NCBI GenBank assembly: GCA_947571655.1
Contig: CANOYR010000003.1
Location: 3,408-67,407 of the forward strand
Source: an uncultured Bacillales bacterium
GTDB lineage: Bacteria > Bacillota_I > Bacilli_A > RF39 > UBA660
DNA length: 64,000 nucleotides
Direction: 5' to 3'
Shown piece after piece: positions 18,271 to 28,320 of this stretch. The notes beneath the pieces are model-generated. The model was given only the letters and a program-made list of their open reading frames with translations, did not search any database and was not told the DNA's origin. The first letter of the stretch is position 1. Each line of letters begins with the position of its first letter. Position numbers and translations under genes: made by a program.

Positions 18271-21200
18271 TTGGACAAAGGAGCAGCAAGAAGCAATTAA
18301 TCAAGAAGGAACGAATATTATTGTTAGTGCAGGTGCTGGAAGTGGAAAAACAGCAGTACTATCAGAAAGAGTATTACGAAAAGTTAAAAATGGGGTAGAT
18401 ATTGACAAATTATTAATTTTAACTTTTACCAAAGCGGCTGCCTATGAGATGATGATTCGAATTCGTGAAAATATGAAAGATGCTGGAATGGACAGTCAAT
18501 TAGAAAAAATTGAGAAAGCCTACATTACAACTTTTGATTCTTTTGCTCTTTCAATTGTTAAAAAGTATCATTTTATTTTAAATATTTCTAAAGAGGTTCA
18601 AATTGTCGATGAAAATCTAATGCTCTTTCTCAAAAAAGAGTTTTTAGATCAGATTTTTGAAGAATTTTACAGGAAAAAAGATGAAAAATTTCATCATTTA
18701 ATTCATGACTTTTGTATTAAGGATGATCAAGAGTTAAAAGATTCGATATTAAAAATTAGTGATAAATTAGATATGAAATATGAAAAGAGTGAATATTTAC
18801 ACTCTTATTTAGAGAATTTTGAGAGGACAAAAATTGAAAAAGATATTTTAGAATATGAAGATTATTTGAAAAGAGAAAGAGAAAAGATTTTTCCAGAATT
18901 AGAAAAAATCCGAATGGAAGTGGATGGAGATTTCTATGAAAGTATATGGAAAAGTTTAAGTCCTCTGTTTGAAAGTCAGCAGTATGATTCTTTTAAGAAT
19001 TCCTTAGATTGTAAATTACCTTCTTTACCAAGAAATTCTTCAGATACTATTAAAAAAAGTAAAGAACGAATTGGAAAATTATTAGATTCTTTACGAGAAA
19101 TGTGTATTTATGAAAGTAAAGAGGAAATCATCGAAACGATTCTTTCTACTAAGGATTATGTAGAAGTCATTATCGAAATCATTTGTGCATTGGATGAAAA
19201 AATTTGTGCTTATAAACACAAAAACGATACATTTGAATTCGTGGATATTAGTAAGCTAGCGATTCAATTGGTAAAGAAACATTCTGAAATCAGGAAGGAA
19301 TTACAGAATTCTTTTGTAGAAATTATGATTGATGAATATCAAGATACTAATGATTTACAAGAAGAATTTATTCGATGGATTGAAAATGGTAATGTTTATA
19401 TGGTAGGAGATATCAAACAGTCTATTTATCGTTTTCGTAATGCTAACCCTTATATTTTTAAAAAGAAATATGATGATTATTCTTTGGGAATTGGGGGATA
19501 TAAGATTGATTTAGTAAAAAATTTTCGTAGTAGAAAAGAAGTGTTAGAAGATATTAATGGGATTTTTAATCTTATTATGGATAATCATTTTGGAGGAGCA
19601 GATTATTCCTCTAGTCATCAAATGGTTTTTGGAAATACTGCTTATCTTCATGAAGGAAAAACTGATCAAAATCAATTTTTAGAGATTTATCATTATGAAG
19701 ATTTCAAAGATTGTAGTTATACAAAAGAAGAGATAGAAGCTTTTTTAGTTGCTAATGATATTAAAGAAAAAATTAAGAATCATTATCAAGTATTTGATAA
19801 GGAAAAGAAGATATTAAGAGATGCTACTTATCAGGATTTTGTGATTTTGATGGACAAGAGTAGTAAATTTGAACTATATAAAAAAATTTTTGAATATGAA
19901 CAATTGCCACTTACAATTTTAAAAGATGAAAATATTATGAATCAGATAGAAATTTATCTCATTCATCATTTATTGGAGTTAGTTTTAGGAGCGGCAAAAA
20001 AGAAATTTGATGATACGTTTCGCTATGCCTTTTTAAGTGTTGGACGTAGTTATCTATTTGAAATGGATGATCAGGAGCTTTTTATGGTTTTGAGAGATGA
20101 ATCTTATTCAGATACACAGTTGTATCATCATTTAGAGCCTTTTTTTACCAAAATAGCAACTCTAGATATTGAAAATTTTCTAATTCAATTGATTAATGAA
20201 TTTGATTTTTATACAAAATTAATTCGAGTAGGAAATGTAGAACTTTCTACTAATAATCTAGAATATATCATAGAGACTGCTTCTAATTTAAAAAAGTTGG
20301 GATATACATTAGAGGAGTTTTCCCTATACTTAAAAAACATTATTGAAAGTGGAAAAGAAATTAAAATACCAGCAATGATGGGAAATGAAAATAGTGTTCA
20401 AATGATGACAATTCATAAATCTAAGGGATTAGAATTTCCGATTTGTTATTATACAGGTTTATTTTCTTCCTTTAATATGAGTGATTTGAAAGAAAAGGTG
20501 TTATTTGATAATACTTATGGGATTATTACTCCTTATTTTAAAGAAGGATATGGGGATACCATTTATAAAAGCTTATTAAAAAATAAGTTTTATCAAGATG
20601 AAATTAGTGAAAAAATTCGTCTTTTCTATGTAGCATTAACCAGATGTAAAGAAAAAATGATTATTGTTACTTCTTTGAAGGAAGAGGAGAGTAACTTTCA
20701 AAATGGGAAAGTAGAAGAAAATCGACGTTTTGCATATCGTTCCTTTTTAGATTTTTTAAAAAGTATTTATGAAAATCTTACGAATTATATTAAAAAAATA
20801 GATTTAGCAGAAGTTCCGATGTCTTTGGACTATAAAAAAAGAACGAGTAAAAATTTAGAGAATATGGTACCACCATCAACAGATTTTATTTCTATTTCCG
20901 AAATTAATATTGAACAAGTATTGAAAGAAAAAGAGAAACTTTCTAAAGGAATCGTGGGATTATTAGATCAGAATCAGATGAAAAATTTAGAATTTGGAAA
21001 AGAAGTTCATCAAGCATTAGAATATTTAGATTTTCTTCATCCAAATTTAGAGGGGATGAATTCTTTTCTTTCCAAAAAAATAAAGGCTTTTTTACAACTT
21101 CCAATTTTTTCTAAATGTGGGGAGGCATCTATCTATAAAGAGTATGAATTTATAGATATTATGGAGGGAAAAGAGATTCATGGAGTGATTGATTTAATGC

Positions 21201-21370
21201 TTATTTATCCAGATCATGTAGATATTATTGATTACAAGTTAAAAACGATATACGATCAAGATTATAAAAGACAATTAGAGGGATATTGTTCCTATATAAA
21301 AAATTTGACAGGTAAGAAAACAGATGGTTATCTCTATTCGATTCTAGATGAAAAGTTAGAAAAATTATGA
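18254..21370 (+). CDS. addA: AddA/RexA-type ATP-dependent helicase-nuclease subunit A (UvrD family)
   Basis: Walker A AGAGSGKT, UvrD helicase motifs (TFTKAAAYEM, DEYQDT, FRS), and a C-terminal nuclease domain (VIDLM...IIDYK). Confidence 0.8.
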   Translation: MKMMPSWTKEQQEAINQEGTNIIVSAGAGSGKTAVLSERVLRKVKNGVDIDKLLILTFTKAAAYEMMIRIRENMKDAGMDSQLEKIEKAYITTFDSFALSIVKKYHFILNISKEVQIVDENLMLFLKKEFLDQIFEEFYRKKDEKFHHLIHDFCIKDDQELKDSILKISDKLDMKYEKSEYLHSYLENFERTKIEKDILEYEDYLKREREKIFPELEKIRMEVDGDFYESIWKSLSPLFESQQYDSFKNSLDCKLPSLPRNSSDTIKKSKERIGKLLDSLREMCIYESKEEIIETILSTKDYVEVIIEIICALDEKICAYKHKNDTFEFVDISKLAIQLVKKHSEIRKELQNSFVEIMIDEYQDTNDLQEEFIRWIENGNVYMVGDIKQSIYRFRNANPYIFKKKYDDYSLGIGGYKIDLVKNFRSRKEVLEDINGIFNLIMDNHFGGADYSSSHQMVFGNTAYLHEGKTDQNQFLEIYHYEDFKDCSYTKEEIEAFLVANDIKEKIKNHYQVFDKEKKILRDATYQDFVILMDKSSKFELYKKIFEYEQLPLTILKDENIMNQIEIYLIHHLLELVLGAAKKKFDDTFRYAFLSVGRSYLFEMDDQELFMVLRDESYSDTQLYHHLEPFFTKIATLDIENFLIQLINEFDFYTKLIRVGNVELSTNNLEYIIETASNLKKLGYTLEEFSLYLKNIIESGKEIKIPAMMGNENSVQMMTIHKSKGLEFPICYYTGLFSSFNMSDLKEKVLFDNTYGIITPYFKEGYGDTIYKSLLKNKFYQDEISEKIRLFYVALTRCKEKMIIVTSLKEEESNFQNGKVEENRRFAYRSFLDFLKSIYENLTNYIKKIDLAEVPMSLDYKKRTSKNLENMVPPSTDFISISEINIEQVLKEKEKLSKGIVGLLDQNQMKNLEFGKEVHQALEYLDFLHPNLEGMNSFLSKKIKAFLQLPIFSKCGEASIYKEYEFIDIMEGKEIHGVIDLMLIYPDHVDIIDYKLKTIYDQDYKRQLEGYCSYIKNLTGKKTDGYLYSILDEKLEKL

Positions 21371-21400
21371 TATAATATAGAAAATTTTGAGGTGAGACGC

Positions 21401-22714
21401 ATGAAGGTTGGTATTTATACTCTAGGCTGCAAAGTAAATGCTTATGAAAGTGAATATGTGATGAGTTTGTTTAAAGAAAGAGGATATGAAATAGTTCCTT
21501 TTACAGAAAAATGTGATATTTATATTATTAATACTTGTTCTGTAACGAATACATCTGATGCAAAAAGTAGAAAAGTAATCCATCAAGCGATTCGAAGAAA
21601 TCCAGATGCTTGTGTGGTAGCAATGGGATGTTTTATTGAAGCGAATAAAAATATTGTAATTGATGGAGTAGATATCTTTATTGGAAATAAGGATAAAAGT
21701 CAGATTGTTTCATTGGTCGAAGAACATCAAAAGAACAAAAAGGAAATTAGAAATCTTTATGAAGATTTGGGGACAGAATTTGAGGATATGGAAATTTCTT
21801 CTTTTGAGGGAAGGACAAGGGCATTTGTGAAGATTCAAGACGGTTGTGAGAATTTTTGTACTTATTGTATTATTCCGTTTGTTCGAGGAAAATGTAGAAG
21901 TAAAGATCCAGAGTTGGTGATTAAAGAAATTACAACACTTGTGAATCATGGGTATCAAGAAATCGTATTAACAGGAATTCATACAGGAAATTATGGTGTT
22001 GATTTAGAAATGGATTTTTCTTCATTACTAAAAAAGATTTTAAGAATTCCAAATCTTCATCGTCTTCGAATTTCTTCTATTGAAATTACGGAGTTAAATC
22101 AGAATGTTTTAAATTTACTAAAGAACCCTATTATTGCGAATCATTTACATATTCCACTTCAATCTGGGAGTAGTCAAATTATGAGGGCAATGAACCGAAA
22201 ATACACAAAGGAAGAATATTTAGAAAAAATTAAAGAAATTCGACGTATTCGTTCTGATATTTCTATTTCTACTGATGTAATTGTTGGATTTCCAGGGGAA
22301 GAAGAGGATTTGTTTGAAGAAAGCTATCAATTTTGTAAAGAAGTTGGATTTTCTAAAATTCATGTTTTCCCTTATTCAAAAAGAGATGGAACAGCGGCTT
22401 CTAAATTTCCGAATCAAATGGATGCTCGTGTAAAAAAAGAACGTGTGAAAAGACTTTCTGAACTATCGAATTGGTTAGAAGATGCTTATATGAGGAAATT
22501 TTTGGGAAAAGAAGTAGAAGTTTTGATTGAAAGAACTATCGATGGAAGTAGTATTGGTCATACAAGTAATTTTTTATTAGTAAAGGTTTTAGGAGAATAC
22601 CAACAAGGTCAATTACTTTCTGTTTTTATTGATAAAATTCAATATCCTTATTGTTTAGGAATCTGTTGTGATGATATTAGAAAAACAGAAAGAGAAACAG
22701 TTATGAGCCATTGA
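21401..22714 (+). CDS. mtaB: Radical-SAM methylthiotransferase, MtaB(YqeV)-like
   Basis: N-terminal MTTase domain with LGCKVN...NTCSVT cysteines, a radical-SAM core CENFCTYC, and a C-terminal TRAM domain. A -10 TATAAT is at 21370-21375. Confidence 0.7.
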   Translation: MKVGIYTLGCKVNAYESEYVMSLFKERGYEIVPFTEKCDIYIINTCSVTNTSDAKSRKVIHQAIRRNPDACVVAMGCFIEANKNIVIDGVDIFIGNKDKSQIVSLVEEHQKNKKEIRNLYEDLGTEFEDMEISSFEGRTRAFVKIQDGCENFCTYCIIPFVRGKCRSKDPELVIKEITTLVNHGYQEIVLTGIHTGNYGVDLEMDFSSLLKKILRIPNLHRLRISSIEITELNQNVLNLLKNPIIANHLHIPLQSGSSQIMRAMNRKYTKEEYLEKIKEIRRIRSDISISTDVIVGFPGEEEDLFEESYQFCKEVGFSKIHVFPYSKRDGTAASKFPNQMDARVKKERVKRLSELSNWLEDAYMRKFLGKEVEVLIERTIDGSSIGHTSNFLLVKVLGEYQQGQLLSVFIDKIQYPYCLGICCDDIRKTERETVMSH

Positions 22715-22800
22715 TTTTAAAAGGAAAATTAGGAAATTCATTTTTGATAATTTGTTGACAAATTTAAAGAGTTCTTCTATAATGATAATAAGGTGATAGT

Positions 22801-23427
22801 ATGAATAATCAAAACGAATTTAATGAAAATATGACATTGACAGAAAACCAAGCAGATTCTTTAAAATTGTCATCCTCTATGGAAACAGAATCTCCTCATG
22901 ATTTTAATAGAGTTCAAGAACTTGTCAATCAATTAGAAAGTAAAATTCAACAAATTAATAGTAATTTTTCATCGAATATAATGGAGAAAGTTTATCAAAA
23001 AAGTACTCAAGATGGGAGTATGAAGCAAGTTGTCGAGGGAGAAGTTTATGTTGGTAAAAATCCTACTCTTGCAAAATTTGTTGGAAATGCTCGTAGAGAA
23101 ATGGTAGAAACGATGAAAGATAGGTATTTTCGTTCAACTTCAGGGAATGATAAGAAGGAGGAAGAAAGTTCGAATATTAATATGGCTCCTATGAATCAGG
23201 AACAGTTAGAAGAATCAATTCCTAGTTTAGAACTTACGAGTCCTATTCCTTTAAAACAAAATGTAGTTCCTAATTCAGTTCCACTTGAAATTTCACAACC
23301 ACCACTAAAACCTGAAAATATTTTTGATGATGAAATGGAAGAGGAGCCAGTGGAAGTGTTTGGAACACAGAATAGTAATCCAGAAAATTTGAGTGAAATA
23401 TATCAGGATAGAGGTAAAGCGGTATGA
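22801..23427 (+). CDS. Hypothetical acidic, Q/N/E/S/P-rich low-complexity protein
   Basis: 208-aa ORF with no TM segment or known motif. The stop overlaps the start of the next ORF (ATGA). Confidence 0.4.
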   Translation: MNNQNEFNENMTLTENQADSLKLSSSMETESPHDFNRVQELVNQLESKIQQINSNFSSNIMEKVYQKSTQDGSMKQVVEGEVYVGKNPTLAKFVGNARREMVETMKDRYFRSTSGNDKKEEESSNINMAPMNQEQLEESIPSLELTSPIPLKQNVVPNSVPLEISQPPLKPENIFDDEMEEEPVEVFGTQNSNPENLSEIYQDRGKAV

Positions 23428-23657
23428 TAAATAATAGTATAAGAGAATTAGAAGATAATGAAACGTATGCTGTAGTGGATACGATTCCTTATGATAATGG
23501 TACTTATGTATATTTGGCAAATATCAGAGATTCAGAAGATTTTTGTGTCAGAAAGCAATTAAAGAAAGAATCAGAAACCATTTTGGTGGGGTTAGATAAT
23601 AGAGATGAAGTAGATTATGCGTTGCAGCTTTTAGTACAAAAGAATTTAGCAGCATAA
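23424..23657 (+). CDS. Small DUF1292/YrzB-like protein (77 aa)
   Basis: The pattern ...DNGTYVYLANIRDSEDF...ILVGLDNRDEVDY resembles the UPF0473 family. It is translationally coupled to the upstream ORF. Confidence 0.35.
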   Translation: MINNSIRELEDNETYAVVDTIPYDNGTYVYLANIRDSEDFCVRKQLKKESETILVGLDNRDEVDYALQLLVQKNLAA

Positions 23658-23729
23658 TTTCTAATACTGTATTTTGGACACTTTAGAAATTCTAAGGTGT
23701 CTTTCTTTCACTTCAAGAGGAGGACATAC

Positions 23730-25925
23730 ATGAATACATATATAAAGGGAAATTTAAGAAAGACAATTTATCGAACGGATAAAGGTTATGTTGTAGGACT
23801 ATTCAAAGTTAAGGAAGCAAGTTCAGAGGAATTAGACTTTTATATTCATCATACCATTCCTTTTACTGGGTATTTTCATGAATTAAATGAAGAAGATACC
23901 TATGTTTTTTATGGAAAATTAGTAGAACATGAAAAATATGGAGAGCAATTTCAGGTAGAAAGATATGAACGTGTTCTTCCTGAGGAAAAAGATTCCATTG
24001 TTGAATTTTTAAGTAGTGGTCTATTCAAAGGAATTGGAAATAAGACTGCTCAAAATATTGTCGATTGCCTTGGTAGTGATACCCTTTCTATCATTTTGGA
24101 GAATCCTAATAATCTTTTGTTAGTTCCTTCTATTACAAAAAAGCAAATTGCTACACTTCATAATACATTGATTGAATATGAAGCTAGTTACAAAATCGTA
24201 TTAGAGTTGAATGAGCTTGGATTTTCTACAAAGGATAGTCTTGTAATTTATAATAAATATAAATCTCAAACGCTTTTGGTTATCGAGGAAAATATTTATC
24301 GATTGATGGAGGAAATTGATGAAATTACTTTTAAAAAAGTGGATACTATTTATTTAAAACAAGATTCATCAAAAAGAGATCATCCAAATAGAATTATGGC
24401 TGCAATTCTTTATTCTATGGAGGAAGTTTGTGATTTATTTGGACATTGTTATTTAGAAAAGGAAGAGTTATTAATGTATAGTATTCGTGCTTTAGGAAAT
24501 TCTATTTCTCAAAGTGATTTTGTTTCTTCTTTAGAAAATCTTTTGACAGAGCTGAAAATAATAAAAAAATCAGAGAGATATTATTTAAAAAAGTTATTTG
24601 ATGCAGAATTAAATATTGCACAGCGTTGTGGTTATTTGATGAGAAAAAAAGATAATTATAATAGTAGGTTAAGAAAGCATGTAGAGGATGTCAGTAAGGT
24701 GTTTCAATGCACTTATAATCAAGAACAATTAGAAGCTATTCAAAATTCTTTTAGTAAAAACTTACTGATTGTAACAGGAGGACCAGGGACTGGAAAAACA
24801 ACAATCATTCAAGCAATTTGTGAACTTTATAAAACTATGAACCATCTATCTCATGAATCACTAGTAAAGGAAATTGCTCTTTTAGCACCTACAGGAAGAG
24901 CAAGCAAAAGAATTAGTGAATCCACTTTATTACCTGCAGTTACGATTCATCGTTTTTTAAAATGGAATAAGGAAAGTAATAAGTTTGCGATTAATGAGTT
25001 TTGTAAAAGCGAAGTAAAATTTGTAATTATTGATGAATTTAGTATGGTAGATACTCTTCTTTTTGATCATTTATTAAAAGGTCTTCGTTATGATACTCAA
25101 ATTATTTTAGTAGGAGATTATAATCAATTACCAAGTGTTGGTACTGGGCAATTACTTAAAGATATGATTGAAAGTAAAAAAATTAATGTAATTTCTCTTC
25201 ATCAACTTTATCGTCAAAAGGAAAATTCTAATATTATTACTTTGGCTTATCAAATTAATGAGAATCAATTAGATTCTAGCATTTTTAATCAACAAGAAGA
25301 TTTAACTTTCATTCCTGTTCCTAGTAGTAATTTAAAAAAAGAAGTGTTAAATGTTTCTTCCTTATATAAAGAACAACAGCAATCGTTTCAGGTTTTAGCA
25401 CCGATGTATAAGACTATCCATGGAATTGATTTGTTGAATATAGGTTTACAAGAGGTTTTTAATCCAAAGTCTAGAGAGAAAAAAGAGATGATTATCAATG
25501 GTGTTTTATTTCGGGAAAAGGATAAAGTTATTCAACTTACGAATATGCCAGAAGAGAATGTGTTTAATGGAGATATTGGTTATATTGAATCTATTGAAAA
25601 TGGAACTAAGAAAGAAATTGTTATTGATTTTGATGGGACTTTTGTTCGATATACCAGTGCAAATTTTAATAAGTTTAAGCATGCTTATGCGATTAGTATT
25701 CATAAAAGTCAGGGAAGTGAGTTTGATACTGTAATTCTTCCAATTGTAAAAGAGTATGGTAAAATGCTATATCGAAAATTAATTTATACAGCAGTTACTC
25801 GATGTAAAAAGAAATTGTATTTGATTGGTGAGATTGATTCTTTAGAATTTGCAATTCAAAATAATAATACAGATATTAGAAAAACGAGCTTAAAAGAAAT
25901 GTTAATAGAAAACATTAGTGTATAA
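23730..25925 (+). CDS. recD2: ATP-dependent RecD2-like DNA helicase
   Basis: N-terminal RecD2 OB/HhH region (LFKGIGNKTAQNIVD), Walker A TGGPGTGKTT and SF1 helicase motifs. RBS aggagga precedes ATG 23730. Confidence 0.8.
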   Translation: MNTYIKGNLRKTIYRTDKGYVVGLFKVKEASSEELDFYIHHTIPFTGYFHELNEEDTYVFYGKLVEHEKYGEQFQVERYERVLPEEKDSIVEFLSSGLFKGIGNKTAQNIVDCLGSDTLSIILENPNNLLLVPSITKKQIATLHNTLIEYEASYKIVLELNELGFSTKDSLVIYNKYKSQTLLVIEENIYRLMEEIDEITFKKVDTIYLKQDSSKRDHPNRIMAAILYSMEEVCDLFGHCYLEKEELLMYSIRALGNSISQSDFVSSLENLLTELKIIKKSERYYLKKLFDAELNIAQRCGYLMRKKDNYNSRLRKHVEDVSKVFQCTYNQEQLEAIQNSFSKNLLIVTGGPGTGKTTIIQAICELYKTMNHLSHESLVKEIALLAPTGRASKRISESTLLPAVTIHRFLKWNKESNKFAINEFCKSEVKFVIIDEFSMVDTLLFDHLLKGLRYDTQIILVGDYNQLPSVGTGQLLKDMIESKKINVISLHQLYRQKENSNIITLAYQINENQLDSSIFNQQEDLTFIPVPSSNLKKEVLNVSSLYKEQQQSFQVLAPMYKTIHGIDLLNIGLQEVFNPKSREKKEMIINGVLFREKDKVIQLTNMPEENVFNGDIGYIESIENGTKKEIVIDFDGTFVRYTSANFNKFKHAYAISIHKSQGSEFDTVILPIVKEYGKMLYRKLIYTAVTRCKKKLYLIGEIDSLEFAIQNNNTDIRKTSLKEMLIENISV

Positions 25926-26000
25926 AAATAGAAAATTGATTCCATAATAGGAATGGTATAGAAATATACTGATCATATTTTTAATAAAGAGGTGATAAGA

Positions 26001-26180
26001 TTGAAAAAAGGAAGCATCATCACAGGAGTTGCATTGGGACTTGCTTTAACTGGATATGGTGCATGGTGTATGTATAAGAAATATTGTCCTGAGTGTGCAA
26101 ATGATATGAAAAAAGACATGAAACGTAACATGAAAAGAATGACAAAAGACGTAGAAAAAAGTATTGAAAATATGATGTAG
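26001..26180 (+). CDS. Small hypothetical membrane protein with CxxC
   Basis: RBS aaagagg, then TTG 26001 or GTG 25992. One TM helix and a K/M-rich tail. A clean terminator follows. Confidence 0.3.
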   Translation: MKKGSIITGVALGLALTGYGAWCMYKKYCPECANDMKKDMKRNMKRMTKDVEKSIENMM

Positions 26181-26203
26181 AGAAGAGGAAACTCTTCTTT
26201 TTC
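26181..26203 (+). terminator. Intrinsic terminator
   Basis: Hairpin AGAAGAG-gaaa-CTCTTCT followed by TTTTT. Confidence 0.55.
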
Positions 26204-26289
26204 TATACATTCTTTTAGGTTATTGTTCAAATAAATTACTTTTAGTATAATAGCTAGGTAAATGGAAGGTCTTTAGAACAACTGCTAGA

Positions 26290-26747
26290 AATAGAAAGTA
26301 AAACTGTGATTTGATCTTATACAGATTTTATTGAAAGTTTAAAGCTAAGATTAACTACTTTTCAACTTTTGCATCTTCTGTCAGATAAGAAAAATTTGTG
26401 AAATTTTTTTGATAAATTGTATTCAGAATACAGAGTAAATGGTCTTATTTGCCAGGCTGTAGATGAACTCTACTTTTCCTTATTAAATGATTTGATTGTT
26501 GTAATTGATAGTACATCCATAGAAAAAGAACCTTTCTTTAATGAAAGGAGAAGCTGTTAATCATTTGATTTTAGGGTATTTTAAGGAAAACATTAAAGGA
26601 GATAAATTAGTTCCTGGTTACACCAAAACATACGATTTTCAGGAATTTTTCCATTGGTCTTTAGACATACCTTATGGTTCTTTTAGTAAAGAAGAAGTTA
26701 TGGAACGCAAGTTCAAAAAATCGAATGTGCCTTCTTGCTGGAGATGA
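26290..26747 (+). pseudogene. Possible decayed transposase-like gene remnant (frame-broken)
   Basis: Protein-like translations lie in two different frames separated by stops: ...LYSEYRVNGLICQAVDELYFSLLNDLIVVIDSTSIEKEPF, and the 68-aa ORF 26541-26747. The IDST-like motif recalls the first catalytic Asp region of DDE transposases. No intact ORF remains. Confidence 0.25.
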
Positions 26748-26870
26748 GCAACAAGTAAAATAGAAGGGTAAGAAAATGCTCATTTAATGAAAAATATGAT
26801 TTTCATGTCCTTTTTGATGTCAAGTAGAATAAAATATGATACAATAATAAATAACGGATAGGTGAAGAGT

Positions 26871-28016
26871 ATGTTTATGAAAAAGAAAGATGATAGTTTA
26901 GATTATAAAAAATTAAATGAGGGAATTCGGATTGGTGTAACATTATTAAAAATTACACTTTTCCTTGCAGTTGTTTTGTTAACTTATATTAGTTTAAAGC
27001 TAATAGGAGAACTTAAAATATTTCCAACGATTGGAAAGCTATTAAAAATAATTTCTCCATTTTTTATAGGAATGGTAATTGCATGGCTTTTTGATCCAGT
27101 TGTGAAATCTTTAGAAAAAAAGAAGGTGAATCGACCACTTGGTATTGTATTTGTTTATGTTGTTTTTATTGCTGTGATAGTCTTGCTTTTATATATTATG
27201 ATTCCAATGGTAGGAAATCAGCTGAACGATTTGATTGTTTCAGCACCAGCATTTTTTAACGATGTAAAGGATTGGGCAGATGGTATTTTTGTGAGCTTAA
27301 GTAAATCCACAGGAAATGATTTTGTTGATATTCAAGAAAATATTTATGATGCGATTAATAAACTTGGAGAATCTTTTACCGTTGGTCTTCCAGCACAAAT
27401 TATGAGTGTGGTTAGTAATATTTTACAGGGAGGTTTAAATTTCTTAATTGGATTATTGGTAGGATTCTATATGTTGTTTGATTTTGGAAATGTGAAAGAA
27501 CATTTATTAACCTTTATTCCTAAAAAATATAGAGAGGATACAAGGGAATTGGTAGATCAGTTAAATGGTAATTTACGTAGTTATGTTGCAGGAACTTTAA
27601 GAATTATGCTTATTCTTTTTGCTTTTCAGTCTATTGCTTTAGCAATTGCCGGACTTAAAGCTCCAATGGTATTTGGTTTATTTTGTGCAGTAACTAATAT
27701 TATTCCTTATGTTGGTCCATATATTGGAGGTATTCCCGCTGTTTTGGTTGGATTTTCTATGGATCCAATGACTGGAATTTGTTCCTTGATTGCGGTTGTC
27801 ATTGCTCAGGTACTAGAAAGTTATTTCCTTCAACCACTAGTGATGGGAAAAACGATGAAACTTCATCCAGTAACTATCATGATTGGTTTATTAGTATTTG
27901 GAAGTTTCTTTGGAATTATTGGAATGATTTTAGCGACTCCGATTATTTCCATTTTTAAAACAATTGTATTATTTTTCAATGAAAAGTTCTCATTGATGGA
28001 ACGAATGACAGGTTAA
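26871..28016 (+). CDS. AI-2E family transporter (UPF0118 permease)
   Basis: Multiple TM helices and conserved core FAFQSIALAIAGLKAPMVFGLFCAVTNIIPYVGPYIGGIP. Confidence 0.75.
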   Translation: MFMKKKDDSLDYKKLNEGIRIGVTLLKITLFLAVVLLTYISLKLIGELKIFPTIGKLLKIISPFFIGMVIAWLFDPVVKSLEKKKVNRPLGIVFVYVVFIAVIVLLLYIMIPMVGNQLNDLIVSAPAFFNDVKDWADGIFVSLSKSTGNDFVDIQENIYDAINKLGESFTVGLPAQIMSVVSNILQGGLNFLIGLLVGFYMLFDFGNVKEHLLTFIPKKYREDTRELVDQLNGNLRSYVAGTLRIMLILFAFQSIALAIAGLKAPMVFGLFCAVTNIIPYVGPYIGGIPAVLVGFSMDPMTGICSLIAVVIAQVLESYFLQPLVMGKTMKLHPVTIMIGLLVFGSFFGIIGMILATPIISIFKTIVLFFNEKFSLMERMTG

Positions 28017-28099
28017 AAAAATTAAAAATAAAAGAAAGAGGAATCGTGTATTGAAAATTTGGCCTCTTTTTGATATACTCATTATAGTTTCAAAAAATA

Positions 28100-28315
28100 G
28101 GAAAGTATATCTGAAAAGCGAAGAAAAAGAGGAGTATGATAAGAGATTCTTTTTTAGAGAACTAGGGGTAGGTGAAACCTAGTAAAGAACCTTATAGGAA
28201 GCTACTTTGGAGTGAAATAATCCGGAGAAATCCGTTATCCAAAATAAGATCTAACAAGGATGGTACCGTGATTATTCGCTCCTGTTTAGGTCTTTTAATT
28301 TATGTAAAAGGAGAA
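28100..28315 (+). promoter_or_regulatory. T-box leader (alanine specifier) preceding the dNMP-kinase-like ORF and alaS
   Basis: AGAGA box at ~28158, a stem-loop CTAGGggtaggtgaaaCCTAG, a GCU-A candidate specifier at ~28204, and an AGTGA element. The T-box core AAGGATGGTACCGTG (28258-28272) carries UGGU, which would pair with the A73 discriminator of tRNA-Ala. A stem and U-run follow. Confidence 0.45.
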
Positions 28316-28320
28316 CCTGT

